From: Candidatus Sericytochromatia bacterium
Lineage (GTDB): Bacteria; Cyanobacteriota; Sericytochromatia; S15B-MN24; JAQBPE01
Length of the DNA stretch: 64,000 nt
Assembly: GCA_035285125.1 (NCBI GenBank)
Contig: JAYKHR010000145.1
Coordinates: forward strand, 27,725 to 91,724
Direction of reading: 5' to 3'
Shown: in pieces, positions 1 to 9,527 of the stretch
Numbering within the stretch: the stretch's first letter is position 1
How the letters are laid out: each line of letters starts with the position of its first letter
Program-made: the position numbers and the translations under genes
The notes under the pieces: generated by a model
Database searches by the model: none
What the model was told of the DNA's origin: nothing
The model's input: the letters and a program-made list of their open reading frames with translations, nothing else

Positions 1-1720
1 CGGCCAGATCCTGGGCCTTCGCCGGGTCCTCGGTGCCGAGCAGACGCTGCACCACCGGGCTGTTGGCGTTGAGCACCAGGGTCTTGCGGGTGGGCAGGTC
101 GAGGCGGTCCTTCCACATCGCAGACATGTCCGACATGCGCCGCTCCATCTCGCCCTGCGTGATGAGGCCCGAGATGTCTTCCGACTTGAGGCGCTGCACC
201 TCGATGGCGACACCGCGCTCCTTGAGCAGGCGCTCGGCGGCCTCCTTGATCTTCTCGTCCTGGGTCTTGCCGTCCGCGTCCACGACCTGGGCCGCGCCCT
301 TGTCCACGAGCTGGTCCGAGAGCCCCGCGTCGACGCGCTTCCACTTCACCTCGCGGCGCTTGGTCTCGAGCAGGTGGATGAAGTGCACGTCGAGCGGGCC
401 GTGCGTGTACAGGGCCTCGAGGCCCTGCTCCTTGAAGAGCGTGACGTAGGTGGTCTGGGCCTCCCCCGCCTCGGCATAGTAGACGGTGTTCTCCGCCTGC
501 TCCTTGTTGCGCGCGAGGTACTCCTCGACGGTGGTAAAGCCGCCCTGGGTCGACTCGAAGAGCACGGCCTCGCTGGCGGCCTCGTGGAACTTCTCGTCCT
601 CGAGCATGCCGAACTTCACGAAGGGGTGGATGTCGTTCCAGTAGCCCTCGTACTGCTCCCGCTGGGAGCGATACAGCTGAACGAGGCGGTCTGCGACCTT
701 CTTGGTGATGTGGCCGGCGATCTTCTTGACGTAGGGATCGTTCTGCAGCATCGACCGGCTCACGTTGAGCGGGATGTCCGGGCAGTCGATCATCCCCTTG
801 AGCACCATCAGGAACCGGGGGATGACGTCCTGGACGTTCTCCGTCACGAAGACGTTGTTGCAGTAGAGCTGCACCTGGCCCTTGGCGCCGTCGAACTCGT
901 GCTTGAAGCGCGGGAAGAACAGCACGCCCTGCAGGCGGAAGGGGTAGTCGACGTTCAGGTGGATCCAGAACAGGGGCTCCTCCTCGAACGGGTAGGCGGC
1001 CCGGTAGAACGCCAGGTAGTCCTCGTCCTTCAGGCTCGCGGGCGCCTGGGTCCAGATCGGCGCGCTGCCGTTGATGTGGGCGCCGTCCAGGAGGATGGAG
1101 ACGGGCAGGTACTTCGCGTACTTCTCCAGCACGTGGCGGACGCGCACCGCGTCCAGGAACTCGGTGCTCTCCGCGTTCAGGTGCAGCACGATGGCCGTGC
1201 CACGCTCGGCCCTGTCATGGGCGCCGAGCGTGAACTCCAGGCCGCCCTCGCTCACCCAGTGGCAGGCCTCGGCGTCGGCCTTGTAGCTGCGGGTGAAGAT
1301 CTCGACCTTGTCGGCGACCATGAAGGCGGAGTAGAAGCCGAGGCCGAAGTGGCCGATGATCGCGTTCTGCTCGGCGTTGACCTCGTAGCGCTTGACGAAG
1401 TCCTGGGCGCCGGAGAAGGCCACGGTGTTGATGTACTGCCGCACCTCGTCGGCCGTCATGCCGATGCCGTTGTCGGAGATCGTGAGGGTCTTGGCGTCCT
1501 TGTCGAGCGTCACCTCGACGCGGAACTCGCCGAGCTCCCCGAGCCCCTCGACCAGGGCGACGTGCTTCAGCTTCGACACGGCGTCGACCGCGTTGCTGAC
1601 CAGCTCGCGCAGGAAGATCTCGTGGTCGGAGTAGAGCCACTTCTTGATGATGGGGAGGAGGTTCTCGGCGTGGATCGAAAGCTGGCCACGCTCGGCCGTG
1701 GCGGCGGTGTCGACGGACAT
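1..1720 (-). CDS. htpG: Molecular chaperone HtpG (Hsp90), C-terminus runs off the window
   Basis: Minus-strand translation from CAT at 1718-1720: MSVDTAATAERGQLSIHAENLLPIIKKWLYSDHEIFLRELVSNAVDA...DNGIGMT...IIGHFGLGFYSAFMVADKV, which are Hsp90 ATPase motifs. Not in the ORF track because there is no stop in the window. Confidence 0.97.
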   Translation of the reverse strand, partial: MSVDTAATAERGQLSIHAENLLPIIKKWLYSDHEIFLRELVSNAVDAVSKLKHVALVEGLGELGEFRVEVTLDKDAKTLTISDNGIGMTADEVRQYINTVAFSGAQDFVKRYEVNAEQNAIIGHFGLGFYSAFMVADKVEIFTRSYKADAEACHWVSEGGLEFTLGAHDRAERGTAIVLHLNAESTEFLDAVRVRHVLEKYAKYLPVSILLDGAHINGSAPIWTQAPASLKDEDYLAFYRAAYPFEEEPLFWIHLNVDYPFRLQGVLFFPRFKHEFDGAKGQVQLYCNNVFVTENVQDVIPRFLMVLKGMIDCPDIPLNVSRSMLQNDPYVKKIAGHITKKVADRLVQLYRSQREQYEGYWNDIHPFVKFGMLEDEKFHEAASEAVLFESTQGGFTTVEEYLARNKEQAENTVYYAEAGEAQTTYVTLFKEQGLEALYTHGPLDVHFIHLLETKRREVKWKRVDAGLSDQLVDKGAAQVVDADGKTQDEKIKEAAERLLKERGVAIEVQRLKSEDISGLITQGEMERRMSDMSAMWKDRLDLPTRKTLVLNANSPVVQRLLGTEDPAKAQDLA

Positions 1721-1794
1721 GGGACGCAGGGGCTCCGGGGTCGGGCAGGCGCGAGGCGCCGGCCAGGCGGGTCTCAACGCCATGGTTCATATCG

Positions 1795-1817
1795 ACTTGA
1801 CAATGGTTTTGTCAAGT
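1795..1817. promoter_or_regulatory. Perfect 9-bp inverted repeat ACTTGACAA-N5-TTGTCAAGT upstream of htpG; putative operator overlapping a TTGACA -35
   Basis: Seen directly in an AT-rich island. On the minus strand TTGACA is followed 18 nt later by TATGAA. Confidence 0.6.
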
Positions 1818-1910
1818 ATCATCCTCGCGGCGCGATAAAGGGCCGGGCTCAGGGCCCGGCTGCCGCCACCGGACCGGTCGAGCGGCCGGCTTCCGGGTAA
1901 AACCCTCATG

Positions 1911-4900
1911 ATGGAAGACCTGCCACGGCCCTTCACGGCGCGCTACCGCCTCCTGAACGCCCTCGGGGAGGGGGCAATGGGGATGGTCTACCGCGCGTCG
2001 GACCTGCTGCGGGAGCGCAAGGAGTGCGCCCTCAAGGTGCTCAAGCCGGCGGGCGACGGCGCGGACGCGGCCCGCCGGCGCTTCCGCGCCGAGTTCCACG
2101 CGATGGCGTGGCTCAACCACCCCAACACGGTGCACGTCTACGAGTACGGCGAGCTGCCCGACGGCACCGTGTTCATCGTGATGGAGATGGTGCCGGGGCA
2201 GTCGCTCTCGGACGTCATCGGCGATCGGCCCGTGCCGCTCGCGACCTTCTACCCCCTGCTGATCCAGCTGCTGCAGGCCCTCGACTACATCCATGCCCGC
2301 CGCTACCTGCACCGAGACATCAAGGCCGAGAACATCCGCGTGCGCCCGGACGGCCTGCTGAAGCTGATGGACTTCGGGCTGATGGGCCGGATCGGCCAGG
2401 TGCCGCTCGAGGGGCTGTGCGGCACGCTCCACTACATGGCCCCGGAGCTGCTGCGCGACGGCGGCTGGACACCCGCCACGGACCTGTACGCGGTGGGCTG
2501 CCTGGCCTACGAGATGCTCACGGGCCGGCTCCCCTTCCTGGGCGAGGCCTCCGCCGTGGCGCGGGGCCACCTTGAGGCGGAGCCGACCTCGCTGCGAACC
2601 CTCCGGCCCGACGCGGCCGTCGGGCTGATCAAGCTGGTAGAGCGCCTGCTGGCCAAGGACCCGGCCCGGCGCCCCCACACGGCCGGTGATGCCCTCAACG
2701 ACCTCGCCGCCATCACGGGCATCGCCCTCACGCGCGAGACGCGTGACCAGCAGCTGAGCTTCCTGGAGACCAGCGGGCTGGTGGGCCGGGAGGCCGAGCT
2801 CGAGCAGCTCGACGGCGTGCTCCGGCAGGCCCTGCACGGCACCGGCACGACGGTGATGCTGGGAGCCCCCTCGGGGCTTGGCAAGTCCCGCCTGCTGCAG
2901 GAGCTCGAGGTGCGCGCGCAACTGCAGGGCTTCGTCGTGCTGCGCGGGCGCTGCCTCGGCGAGGAGCAGGCGCCCTGGGAGCCGATCCGTACGGCCCTGC
3001 GGGGGGCCCTCGCGCACGGCTCGCAAGAGGTCCGGGATCGCCACCAGCCCGCCATCCGGGCACTCTACCCCGAGCTGGCGGGCTCTGGCGTCACGGTGCT
3101 CACGCCGGTGCAGACCGACGACCTGGTCGCCTGGCTGGAGGAGCTTTCCGGCACCCACCCCCTGCTGCTCGTGCTTGACGACATTCAGCTGGCCGACCCG
3201 CAGACCCTCGGCATGTTCAACGCGGCCGCGCGCCGCCTGCGGGGCCTGAACGTGCTGTGTGTCGCGACCTTCCCCGACGACGAGACGCCGGCGGGCAGCC
3301 CCGTGTGGCAGCTGCTGGAGGAGGGCGTCGCGACGCCCATGCGCCTGACGCCCCTGGACCGCAACGGCCAGGCAGCGCTCGTGGCGGCGATGCTGCCTGG
3401 CACCCGCGTGCCGGAGGCCTTCACCGACGCCCTGTACCGGGCGACGGGCGGCAACCCGCTGTTCACCAAGGAGGCCCTCAAATCGCTGGTCGAGGATGGC
3501 CACCTCACGCGCCAGGGTGGGGCCTGGCGCTTCCCGGCCGACCTGGTGGTGCTTGGCGATCTGGAGCGCGTCGAGGAGACCATCCGACGGCGCCTGGGGC
3601 ACCTGGGTCCCGAGGCCCTGCAGCTGCTCCAGGCCGCAGCCGTGCTCGGCCACCAGTGGACGCTGCCCACCCTGGCCTTCGTGGCCGAGGCGGACGAGGA
3701 TCAGCTCTTCGCCGGGCTCGTGGACCTCACGGCGCGGCAGCTCCTCGCGCTGGACATGGCCGGCCACTACGGGTTCTTGCACGACCGGGTGCGGGAGGTC
3801 GCCTATGCCGACATCCCCCCGGCGCTGCGCAAGGAGATGCACATGCGGGCCGCGGAGCGGCTCGAGCTCGAGCACGCGACGACGCCGATGCTGGCTGCCG
3901 GCGAGCTCGCCCGTCACCACTTGCGCAGCGACGAGCCTGCCAACGCCTACCCCTGGCTGCTGCTGGCCGGCGAGCAGGCCGAGCAGGCGGGCACGACGTA
4001 CGTCGCGCTGGAGCACCTCCGCGACGCCGAGTCTGCCCTGGCCGACCTGCGGGGAGACCGCACCGCGGAGCGCCTGGCGCTCTGGCTGCGGATTGGGACC
4101 CTGGCCGTGGACCTCTCCCCTGGCGTCGCCGCCGAGATGCTGGATCGGGCGGCGGGCGCCCTGGAGGCCGAGCCGGGCCGCGCGCTGCCGCTTCTGCGCA
4201 AGCAGGGCCTGGAGGAGCAGGACCTGCTGGCGCTGCACGCGCGCGCGCTGGGCACCCTGGGCGAGTCCCGAGAGGCCCTGCGGCTCGCCGAGCGCATGGC
4301 GAGCCCCCAGCCAGAGGGCCTGCAGGCCGACCGTCCGCTGGTGGACCTGGCGCGCTTCGGGCCCTTGCTGGTCTCGGGCCGCATCCCGGAGCTGGTGGAG
4401 ACGGCGCGTCGCACGGCCAGGCTGGTGGGGGGGCGGCTCCCGCCGTACTCGTCGCCCATGCTGGCGACAGCCTGGCGAGAGGCGCTCTTGATGCAGAACG
4501 CGGTGGCCTTCCAGGGGGAGCGGCCGAGCCCGGTGCTGCGCGAGCAGGCGCTGGCGCTGGCCCAGGAGGCCGGTGACGAGGACGCCCTGGCGCCGTGGAC
4601 CAGCCTGGGGCTCTGGGCGGCCTGGTCCGGCCACCCTGAGGAGGCCGAGGCCGTCATCGAGCGCACCATGCGCAAGACCCGGCGGATCGGGGCCCCGCCG
4701 AGCGTGTGGGTGCTGTACCTCCGGCCCTACATGCGCTGGCAGCAAGGCGAGCTGCGCCCGGCCCTCGAGCAGCTGGAACGGAGCCTGATCGCCCACCCTC
4801 AGTGGCGTGAGCACGCCGTCCCCTTCAGCCTGGGGCTGGCGCTCCGGGGGCAGCTGCTCGCTGACCTCGGACGCATCGGCGAGGCCCAGCAGGCGCTGGT

Positions 4901-5426
4901 CGAGATGGTGGAGCAGGCCCGCAGCCGGGATCACGGGCTGGCGATCATGCACGGGCTTTGCACGCTCGGCCATGCGCTCATCGGGGGGGGGCGCCTCACC
5001 GAGGCGGGCTTCGTCTTCCTGACGGCCCGGGAGATGGCCACGGGAGAGACCTACCGCAACCCCATGATCGAAGCCCTGACGGCGCTGGGGCTGGGACGCT
5101 GCGCCTGCGTGCTCGGAGACCCGCGCGGCGTCGCCCTGCTGGATGAGGCCCTCACCATCGCCTGCCGCCCCGAGCTCGACAACCGCTTCGTGCAGGCCCA
5201 CGCCCAGAGGGAGCGCGGCAAGGCCCTCGCAGCGCTCGGCGAGCAGCCCCGCGCGATGCTGGCCTATACCGAGGCCGGGCGACTGTTTCACGGGATGCGC
5301 AACGGCCACTGGCTGCACATCGTGAACGTCGAACTCGCCGCGCTGCGGCAGGCCCCGGCCGCCGGCTCGGCGGCGGGCGACACCACATTGGAAGCCCGCT
5401 ACGAGCGCTTCAAGCGCCTGATCTGA
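1911..5426 (+). CDS. Ser/Thr protein kinase - AAA/STAND ATPase - helical (TPR-like) repeat protein, paralog 1
   Basis: GEGAMGMVY, ALKVL, HRDIKAEN, DFG and APE kinase motifs; Walker A GAPSGLGKS; Walker B LLVLDD; TGGNPLF; FLHDRVRE. Start is 1908 or 1911. Confidence 0.93.
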   Translation: MEDLPRPFTARYRLLNALGEGAMGMVYRASDLLRERKECALKVLKPAGDGADAARRRFRAEFHAMAWLNHPNTVHVYEYGELPDGTVFIVMEMVPGQSLSDVIGDRPVPLATFYPLLIQLLQALDYIHARRYLHRDIKAENIRVRPDGLLKLMDFGLMGRIGQVPLEGLCGTLHYMAPELLRDGGWTPATDLYAVGCLAYEMLTGRLPFLGEASAVARGHLEAEPTSLRTLRPDAAVGLIKLVERLLAKDPARRPHTAGDALNDLAAITGIALTRETRDQQLSFLETSGLVGREAELEQLDGVLRQALHGTGTTVMLGAPSGLGKSRLLQELEVRAQLQGFVVLRGRCLGEEQAPWEPIRTALRGALAHGSQEVRDRHQPAIRALYPELAGSGVTVLTPVQTDDLVAWLEELSGTHPLLLVLDDIQLADPQTLGMFNAAARRLRGLNVLCVATFPDDETPAGSPVWQLLEEGVATPMRLTPLDRNGQAALVAAMLPGTRVPEAFTDALYRATGGNPLFTKEALKSLVEDGHLTRQGGAWRFPADLVVLGDLERVEETIRRRLGHLGPEALQLLQAAAVLGHQWTLPTLAFVAEADEDQLFAGLVDLTARQLLALDMAGHYGFLHDRVREVAYADIPPALRKEMHMRAAERLELEHATTPMLAAGELARHHLRSDEPANAYPWLLLAGEQAEQAGTTYVALEHLRDAESALADLRGDRTAERLALWLRIGTLAVDLSPGVAAEMLDRAAGALEAEPGRALPLLRKQGLEEQDLLALHARALGTLGESREALRLAERMASPQPEGLQADRPLVDLARFGPLLVSGRIPELVETARRTARLVGGRLPPYSSPMLATAWREALLMQNAVAFQGERPSPVLREQALALAQEAGDEDALAPWTSLGLWAAWSGHPEEAEAVIERTMRKTRRIGAPPSVWVLYLRPYMRWQQGELRPALEQLERSLIAHPQWREHAVPFSLGLALRGQLLADLGRIGEAQQALVEMVEQARSRDHGLAIMHGLCTLGHALIGGGRLTEAGFVFLTAREMATGETYRNPMIEALTALGLGRCACVLGDPRGVALLDEALTIACRPELDNRFVQAHAQRERGKALAALGEQPRAMLAYTEAGRLFHGMRNGHWLHIVNVELAALRQAPAAGSAAGDTTLEARYERFKRLI

Positions 5427-5447
5427 CGGCGGGGTATACGGTCCTAG

Positions 5448-5903
5448 ATGGCCCTGACCCTTGCCCCTCGTCCGAACCCGGCCACCTGGCTGTGGCTGCT
5501 CTCCGCCCTGTTCCTGGCACGCGTGCTAGGGCAGATGGCGGTGGCCTTCGCGGGCGTGACATGGCTGCCTCCGATGCCCGAGTGGTACTCCGGGCTGCTG
5601 CCCTACCCGGTGCTGCTGCCGACCCAGTGGCTCATCTTGAGCCTGATGCTCCACCTCAACCGCCAGGCCACCCGCCAGCAGGGCTGGGCCACGGTGCTGC
5701 GGCCGCGGCTCGGCCGGGGCCTGCTGGCCTTCGCGGCCCTTTACGCGGGCGGGATGGTGGTGCGCTACGTCGTGAGCGGCGAGCTGCACCCTGAGCGCCG
5801 CTGGTGGCCCCCGGGCAGCATCCCGATCGTGTTCCACCTGGTGCTCGCCCGCTACCTCGCCGTCGTCGCCAGCGTCTGCCGGCAACCGCTGGAGGCGCGA
5901 TGA
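5448..5903 (+). CDS. Hypothetical integral membrane protein (~4 TM)
   Basis: Hydrophobic segments; its stop overlaps the next start (ATGA). Confidence 0.75.
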   Translation: MALTLAPRPNPATWLWLLSALFLARVLGQMAVAFAGVTWLPPMPEWYSGLLPYPVLLPTQWLILSLMLHLNRQATRQQGWATVLRPRLGRGLLAFAALYAGGMVVRYVVSGELHPERRWWPPGSIPIVFHLVLARYLAVVASVCRQPLEAR

Positions 5904-7675
5904 GGTCGGCCGCATTGCTGCTCGCCGGCCTGACGCTGGCGGACGTCGTGAGCTGGCTGCCCGCGGACCTCACGCTGGCGCTCGTGCAGGGCCCCCTGGG
6001 CGTGCGCCCCCCCGCGCACGCCATCACGACCGAGGAGGTCGTCGACATCCCGATGCGCGACAGCGTCAAGCTCGCAGCCACGGTCAGCCACCCTGCCGCG
6101 CCCGGGCCTCACCCGACGCTGATGGTGCGCCTGCCCCTGTCGCAGACCAGGCTGCACCGGGCCTTTTCGGAGCTGCTGCGGACCTTCTGGGGCACGCGTG
6201 GCTACCACGTGGTGATCGCCCCCGTGCGGGGCCGACCGCCCTCTGGCGGGCGCTTCTCACCCCTCGAGCCGGAGCGCGAGGACGGCCTCGACACGCTGGC
6301 CTGGCTGGCGCGGCAGCCCTGGTACGACGGGCACCTCGGGATGTGGGGGGGCTCCTCGTTCGGCTACACCCAGTGGGCGGTGGCCGACCAGCCGGCCCCC
6401 ATCGGCCCTTCGGCCTGCTGTATCCAGCTGTGCAGCACCAGCCACCGCGAGATGTTCCACCCCGGCGGCGCCTTCTCGCTGCAGTCGGCGCTCTACTGGG
6501 CCCGGACGGATCGAGGCGACGCCGACGTGTTCCCGAGCGAGGCCGAGCTCGCGCCAGGGCTGGCCGCCTGGCCGGTGCTCGACGCGGACGACCGCAGCGG
6601 CGGCCCGGCGCCCCCCTTCGACGACTGGGCGGGCCGCCGCGCCCCTGACGCTTACTGGCGGCGCATCGACGGCGACAGGCGGCCGGAGCGGGTGCAGGCC
6701 CCCGTGCTGCTGATGGCAGGCTGGCACGACCCCTACCTGCCCACCCAGCTGGCCGACTTCGAACGGCTGCAACTCGAGGCCCCGGGCGACGTGGCCGCCG
6801 AGAGCCGCCTGATCGTGGGGCCCTGGACGCACGCCCGCGAGGTCACGCTGCCGGGCGGCCATCAGCCGGGCGACTACAGGCTCGCGATGCTGGCCCAGAG
6901 CCTGCCGTTCTACGACCGCCTACTGCGGCCGGCCGGCGTGCCCGTGCCGGAGCCGGGCCCGCGGGTGTGGCTGTACGTGATGGGGGAGAACCGCTGGCGC
7001 GCGGAGGAGGCGTGGCCACTGGCCCGGGCCCGCCGCACGCCGCTATACCTCCACGCGGAGAGGCCCGCCAACACCGCTGACGGCGCTGGCCGGCTCGCCT
7101 GGGAGATGCCCGGGGACCAGCCGCCCGACACCTTCGCCTACGACCCCCGCGACCCCGTCCCGAGCCGGGGGGGGGCCATGCTGGGGCTGCCCGGCGTGAA
7201 CGGGGTGCAGCGGCAAAACGACGTCGAACAACGGCGAGACGTGCTGGTCTACACCACCGAGGCGCTGCCGCGGCCGCTCGAGGTGACGGGCCCCGTGGAG
7301 GCCGACATGTGGGTGGAGACCACGGCGCCTGCCACCGACTTCACGGCCAAGCTGGTCGACGTGCTGCCGAACGGCGATGCCTTCAACGTGTCGGAGGGCA
7401 TCCTACGGCGCAGCTACGCGGGGCAGCGCGGCCCCACGCGCATCACGGTCCAGCTCTGGCCGACCAGCTACGTCTTTCAGCCCGGTCACCGCCTGCGCCT
7501 CGAGGTCAGCAGCAGCAGCTTCCCGCGGTTCGATCGCCACCCCAACACGGCCGAGCCCGTCGAGACCGCCACCGCCGTGGCGATCGCGACCCAGCGCGTG
7601 CACCACTCGGCCCGCTGGCTCTCGGCGCTGTGGCTGCCCGTCATCCCCCCCACCAGCGAAGGAGAGAGCCCATGA
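5900..7675 (+). CDS. CocE/NonD family hydrolase (peptidase S15 + PepX_C)
   Basis: IPMRDSVKLA, LAWLARQPWYDG, WGGSSFG nucleophile elbow, GWHD, GPWTH, YDPRDPVPS.GG, GHRLRLEVSSSSFPRFDR. Confidence 0.93.
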   Translation: MRSAALLLAGLTLADVVSWLPADLTLALVQGPLGVRPPAHAITTEEVVDIPMRDSVKLAATVSHPAAPGPHPTLMVRLPLSQTRLHRAFSELLRTFWGTRGYHVVIAPVRGRPPSGGRFSPLEPEREDGLDTLAWLARQPWYDGHLGMWGGSSFGYTQWAVADQPAPIGPSACCIQLCSTSHREMFHPGGAFSLQSALYWARTDRGDADVFPSEAELAPGLAAWPVLDADDRSGGPAPPFDDWAGRRAPDAYWRRIDGDRRPERVQAPVLLMAGWHDPYLPTQLADFERLQLEAPGDVAAESRLIVGPWTHAREVTLPGGHQPGDYRLAMLAQSLPFYDRLLRPAGVPVPEPGPRVWLYVMGENRWRAEEAWPLARARRTPLYLHAERPANTADGAGRLAWEMPGDQPPDTFAYDPRDPVPSRGGAMLGLPGVNGVQRQNDVEQRRDVLVYTTEALPRPLEVTGPVEADMWVETTAPATDFTAKLVDVLPNGDAFNVSEGILRRSYAGQRGPTRITVQLWPTSYVFQPGHRLRLEVSSSSFPRFDRHPNTAEPVETATAVAIATQRVHHSARWLSALWLPVIPPTSEGESP

Positions 7676-8382
7676 CGTTGCGCGCCGCCATCGAAGCCCG
7701 CTACGCGGCCAGCACCGCCGAGCTGGTCGCGCTCGCGGAGTTCCAGCGCCTCGAGCGCGGCGAGGTTGGCCACGAGGCCTACGACCTGTTCCTCGCCAAC
7801 GTGATCCGGGCCCACCTCAAGAGCCCCAAGATCCTGGCGTTCCTGTACTCGGCCTCCGCGCCTAAGGCCAGCGCCGACCTGCTGCACAACATGCTGGAGG
7901 AGCTCGGCGTCGAGGAGGAGGACGGCACCAGCCACCCGGAGCTGCTGCGCAGGCTCGCCCACGGCGCGGGGCTCGGCGAGGCCCTGCCGGGCCTGGAGCA
8001 GCTGGCCGACGACGACCTCAAGGCCATCGTCGTCGAGCCGCTGATGTACGGGACGCTGCGGGACGTGGCGCTCGCCGTGCTGATCGAGACGATCGCCTAC
8101 GAGTGGATGCTGTCGCGCACCTCGGGGCGAATCGCCGCCTTCCTGCAGGTGCACCGGGGCCTCGATGCGGCCACGCTGGCCTGGTTCTCGCACCACTCGG
8201 AGGTGGACGTCCGGCATGCCGAGGAGGGCCTCGACGCCATCGCCCGCACCGTCGACTACTACGCGATCCCGACCGAGGACGCCGAGACCATCCTCGAGCT
8301 CACGATGCGCGAGAACGTGTTCATCAAGCGGTACTTCGGCGAGCTCACGCATGACCGCCTGGCCCTGATGGCGCGCCGATGA
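7672..8382 (+). CDS. Heme-oxygenase-like diiron oxidase (CADD/PqqC/TenA-like iron-containing redox enzyme)
   Basis: Ligand pattern NMLEE...SHPEL...IAYE...HHSEVDVRHAEE; GGAG RBS; ATGA overlap with the upstream gene. Confidence 0.85.
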   Translation: MTLRAAIEARYAASTAELVALAEFQRLERGEVGHEAYDLFLANVIRAHLKSPKILAFLYSASAPKASADLLHNMLEELGVEEEDGTSHPELLRRLAHGAGLGEALPGLEQLADDDLKAIVVEPLMYGTLRDVALAVLIETIAYEWMLSRTSGRIAAFLQVHRGLDAATLAWFSHHSEVDVRHAEEGLDAIARTVDYYAIPTEDAETILELTMRENVFIKRYFGELTHDRLALMARR

Positions 8383-9527
8383 GCCTCGTGGGCCTCGACC
8401 TCCACCTGCTCGGCATCCCGTTCGTCGAGAGCTTCAGCCACAGCGCCTCTGACCGGGCCTTCTCGGACACCGTGCTGGTGCGGGTGACCGACGCGGAGGG
8501 CCGCACGGGGTGGGGCGAGGGCATTGCCCGGGCCTACGTCACGGGCGAGACGCCGGAGGGGCTCGTGGCCCACCTGGCCGAGCGCCTCTGGCCGCTCGTC
8601 GCCGGCCGACCGCTGCCCGAGCTGCGCGGCCCTGAGGACCTGCTGGCGCTCGAGGCCTGGCTCCCCGACCTCGAGGAGCCGGGGGTCGTGGCCGCGCACG
8701 GCGCCCGCTGTGCGCTGGAGCTGGCGGTGCTGGACCTCGTGCTCAGGCGGCAAGGGATGCCGGCCTCCCGGCTGCTGCCGCCCGCCCGGCAGACGGTGAC
8801 CTACTCCGGCGTGATCACGGCAGGGGACCCGGCCCGGGCCGCCGTGCACGCGCGCCAGATGAAGCTGGTCGGGCTGCGCGAGGTGAAGGTCAAGGTCGGC
8901 GACCCGGACGACCTCGCCCGCGTCGCGGCGGTGCGACAGATCTGGGGCGAGGGCGTGGCGCTGCGCCTGGACGCCAACGCAGCCTGGGACCTGGAGACGG
9001 CCGTCGCGCGGCTGCAGGCGATGGCCTGCTTCGGGCCCGTGGCCGTCGAGCAGCCCCTGCCGCGCGGGCGGCTCGCTGACTGGCAGGCCCTGCGGGCCCG
9101 CGTGCCCGTGCCCGTGATGGTGGACGAGTCGCTCGTGACCGTCGCGGACGCCGAGGCGCTCATCCACGCCCGGGCCACCGACATGTTCAATGTTCGCGTC
9201 TCCAAGAACGGGGGCCTGGCCCGGGCATGGCGCATCGCGAACCTCGCGCTGCGCGCCGGCCTGCGGGTGCAGGTGGGGGCGCAGGTCGGGGAGACGGCGC
9301 TGCTCTCAGCAGCCGGGCGTCACCTCGCGGCGGCCCTGCCGGAGCTGGCCCATGCGGAGGGCTCGTTCGGCACGCTGCTGCTCACGGAGGACGTCTCGGC
9401 CAGCCCCGTGAAGTTCGGCCACCGGGGCGAGGCCCCCCTGCTGCGCGGCCACGGGCTCGGCGTGGTGGTCGCGGAGGATCGCGTCGGGAAGTACACGCGG
9501 CTGCACCGGCACGAGGCAGCCCCGTGA
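8379..9527 (+). CDS. Enolase superfamily enzyme (muconate lactonizing / dipeptide epimerase subgroup)
   Basis: GWGEG, ALELAVLDL, KVKVG, LDANAAW, VEQP, VDES and SKNGG motifs. Confidence 0.92.
   Translation: MSLVGLDLHLLGIPFVESFSHSASDRAFSDTVLVRVTDAEGRTGWGEGIARAYVTGETPEGLVAHLAERLWPLVAGRPLPELRGPEDLLALEAWLPDLEEPGVVAAHGARCALELAVLDLVLRRQGMPASRLLPPARQTVTYSGVITAGDPARAAVHARQMKLVGLREVKVKVGDPDDLARVAAVRQIWGEGVALRLDANAAWDLETAVARLQAMACFGPVAVEQPLPRGRLADWQALRARVPVPVMVDESLVTVADAEALIHARATDMFNVRVSKNGGLARAWRIANLALRAGLRVQVGAQVGETALLSAAGRHLAAALPELAHAEGSFGTLLLTEDVSASPVKFGHRGEAPLLRGHGLGVVVAEDRVGKYTRLHRHEAAP

Noticed and set aside
374..1900. 508-aa plus-strand ORF, and other long antisense ORFs (1812-5318, 12911-15925, 17836-21228, 42963-45341, 60924-62738)
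   Set aside because: Shadow ORFs opposite well-supported genes; stop codons are scarce at high GC and the translations have no motifs.
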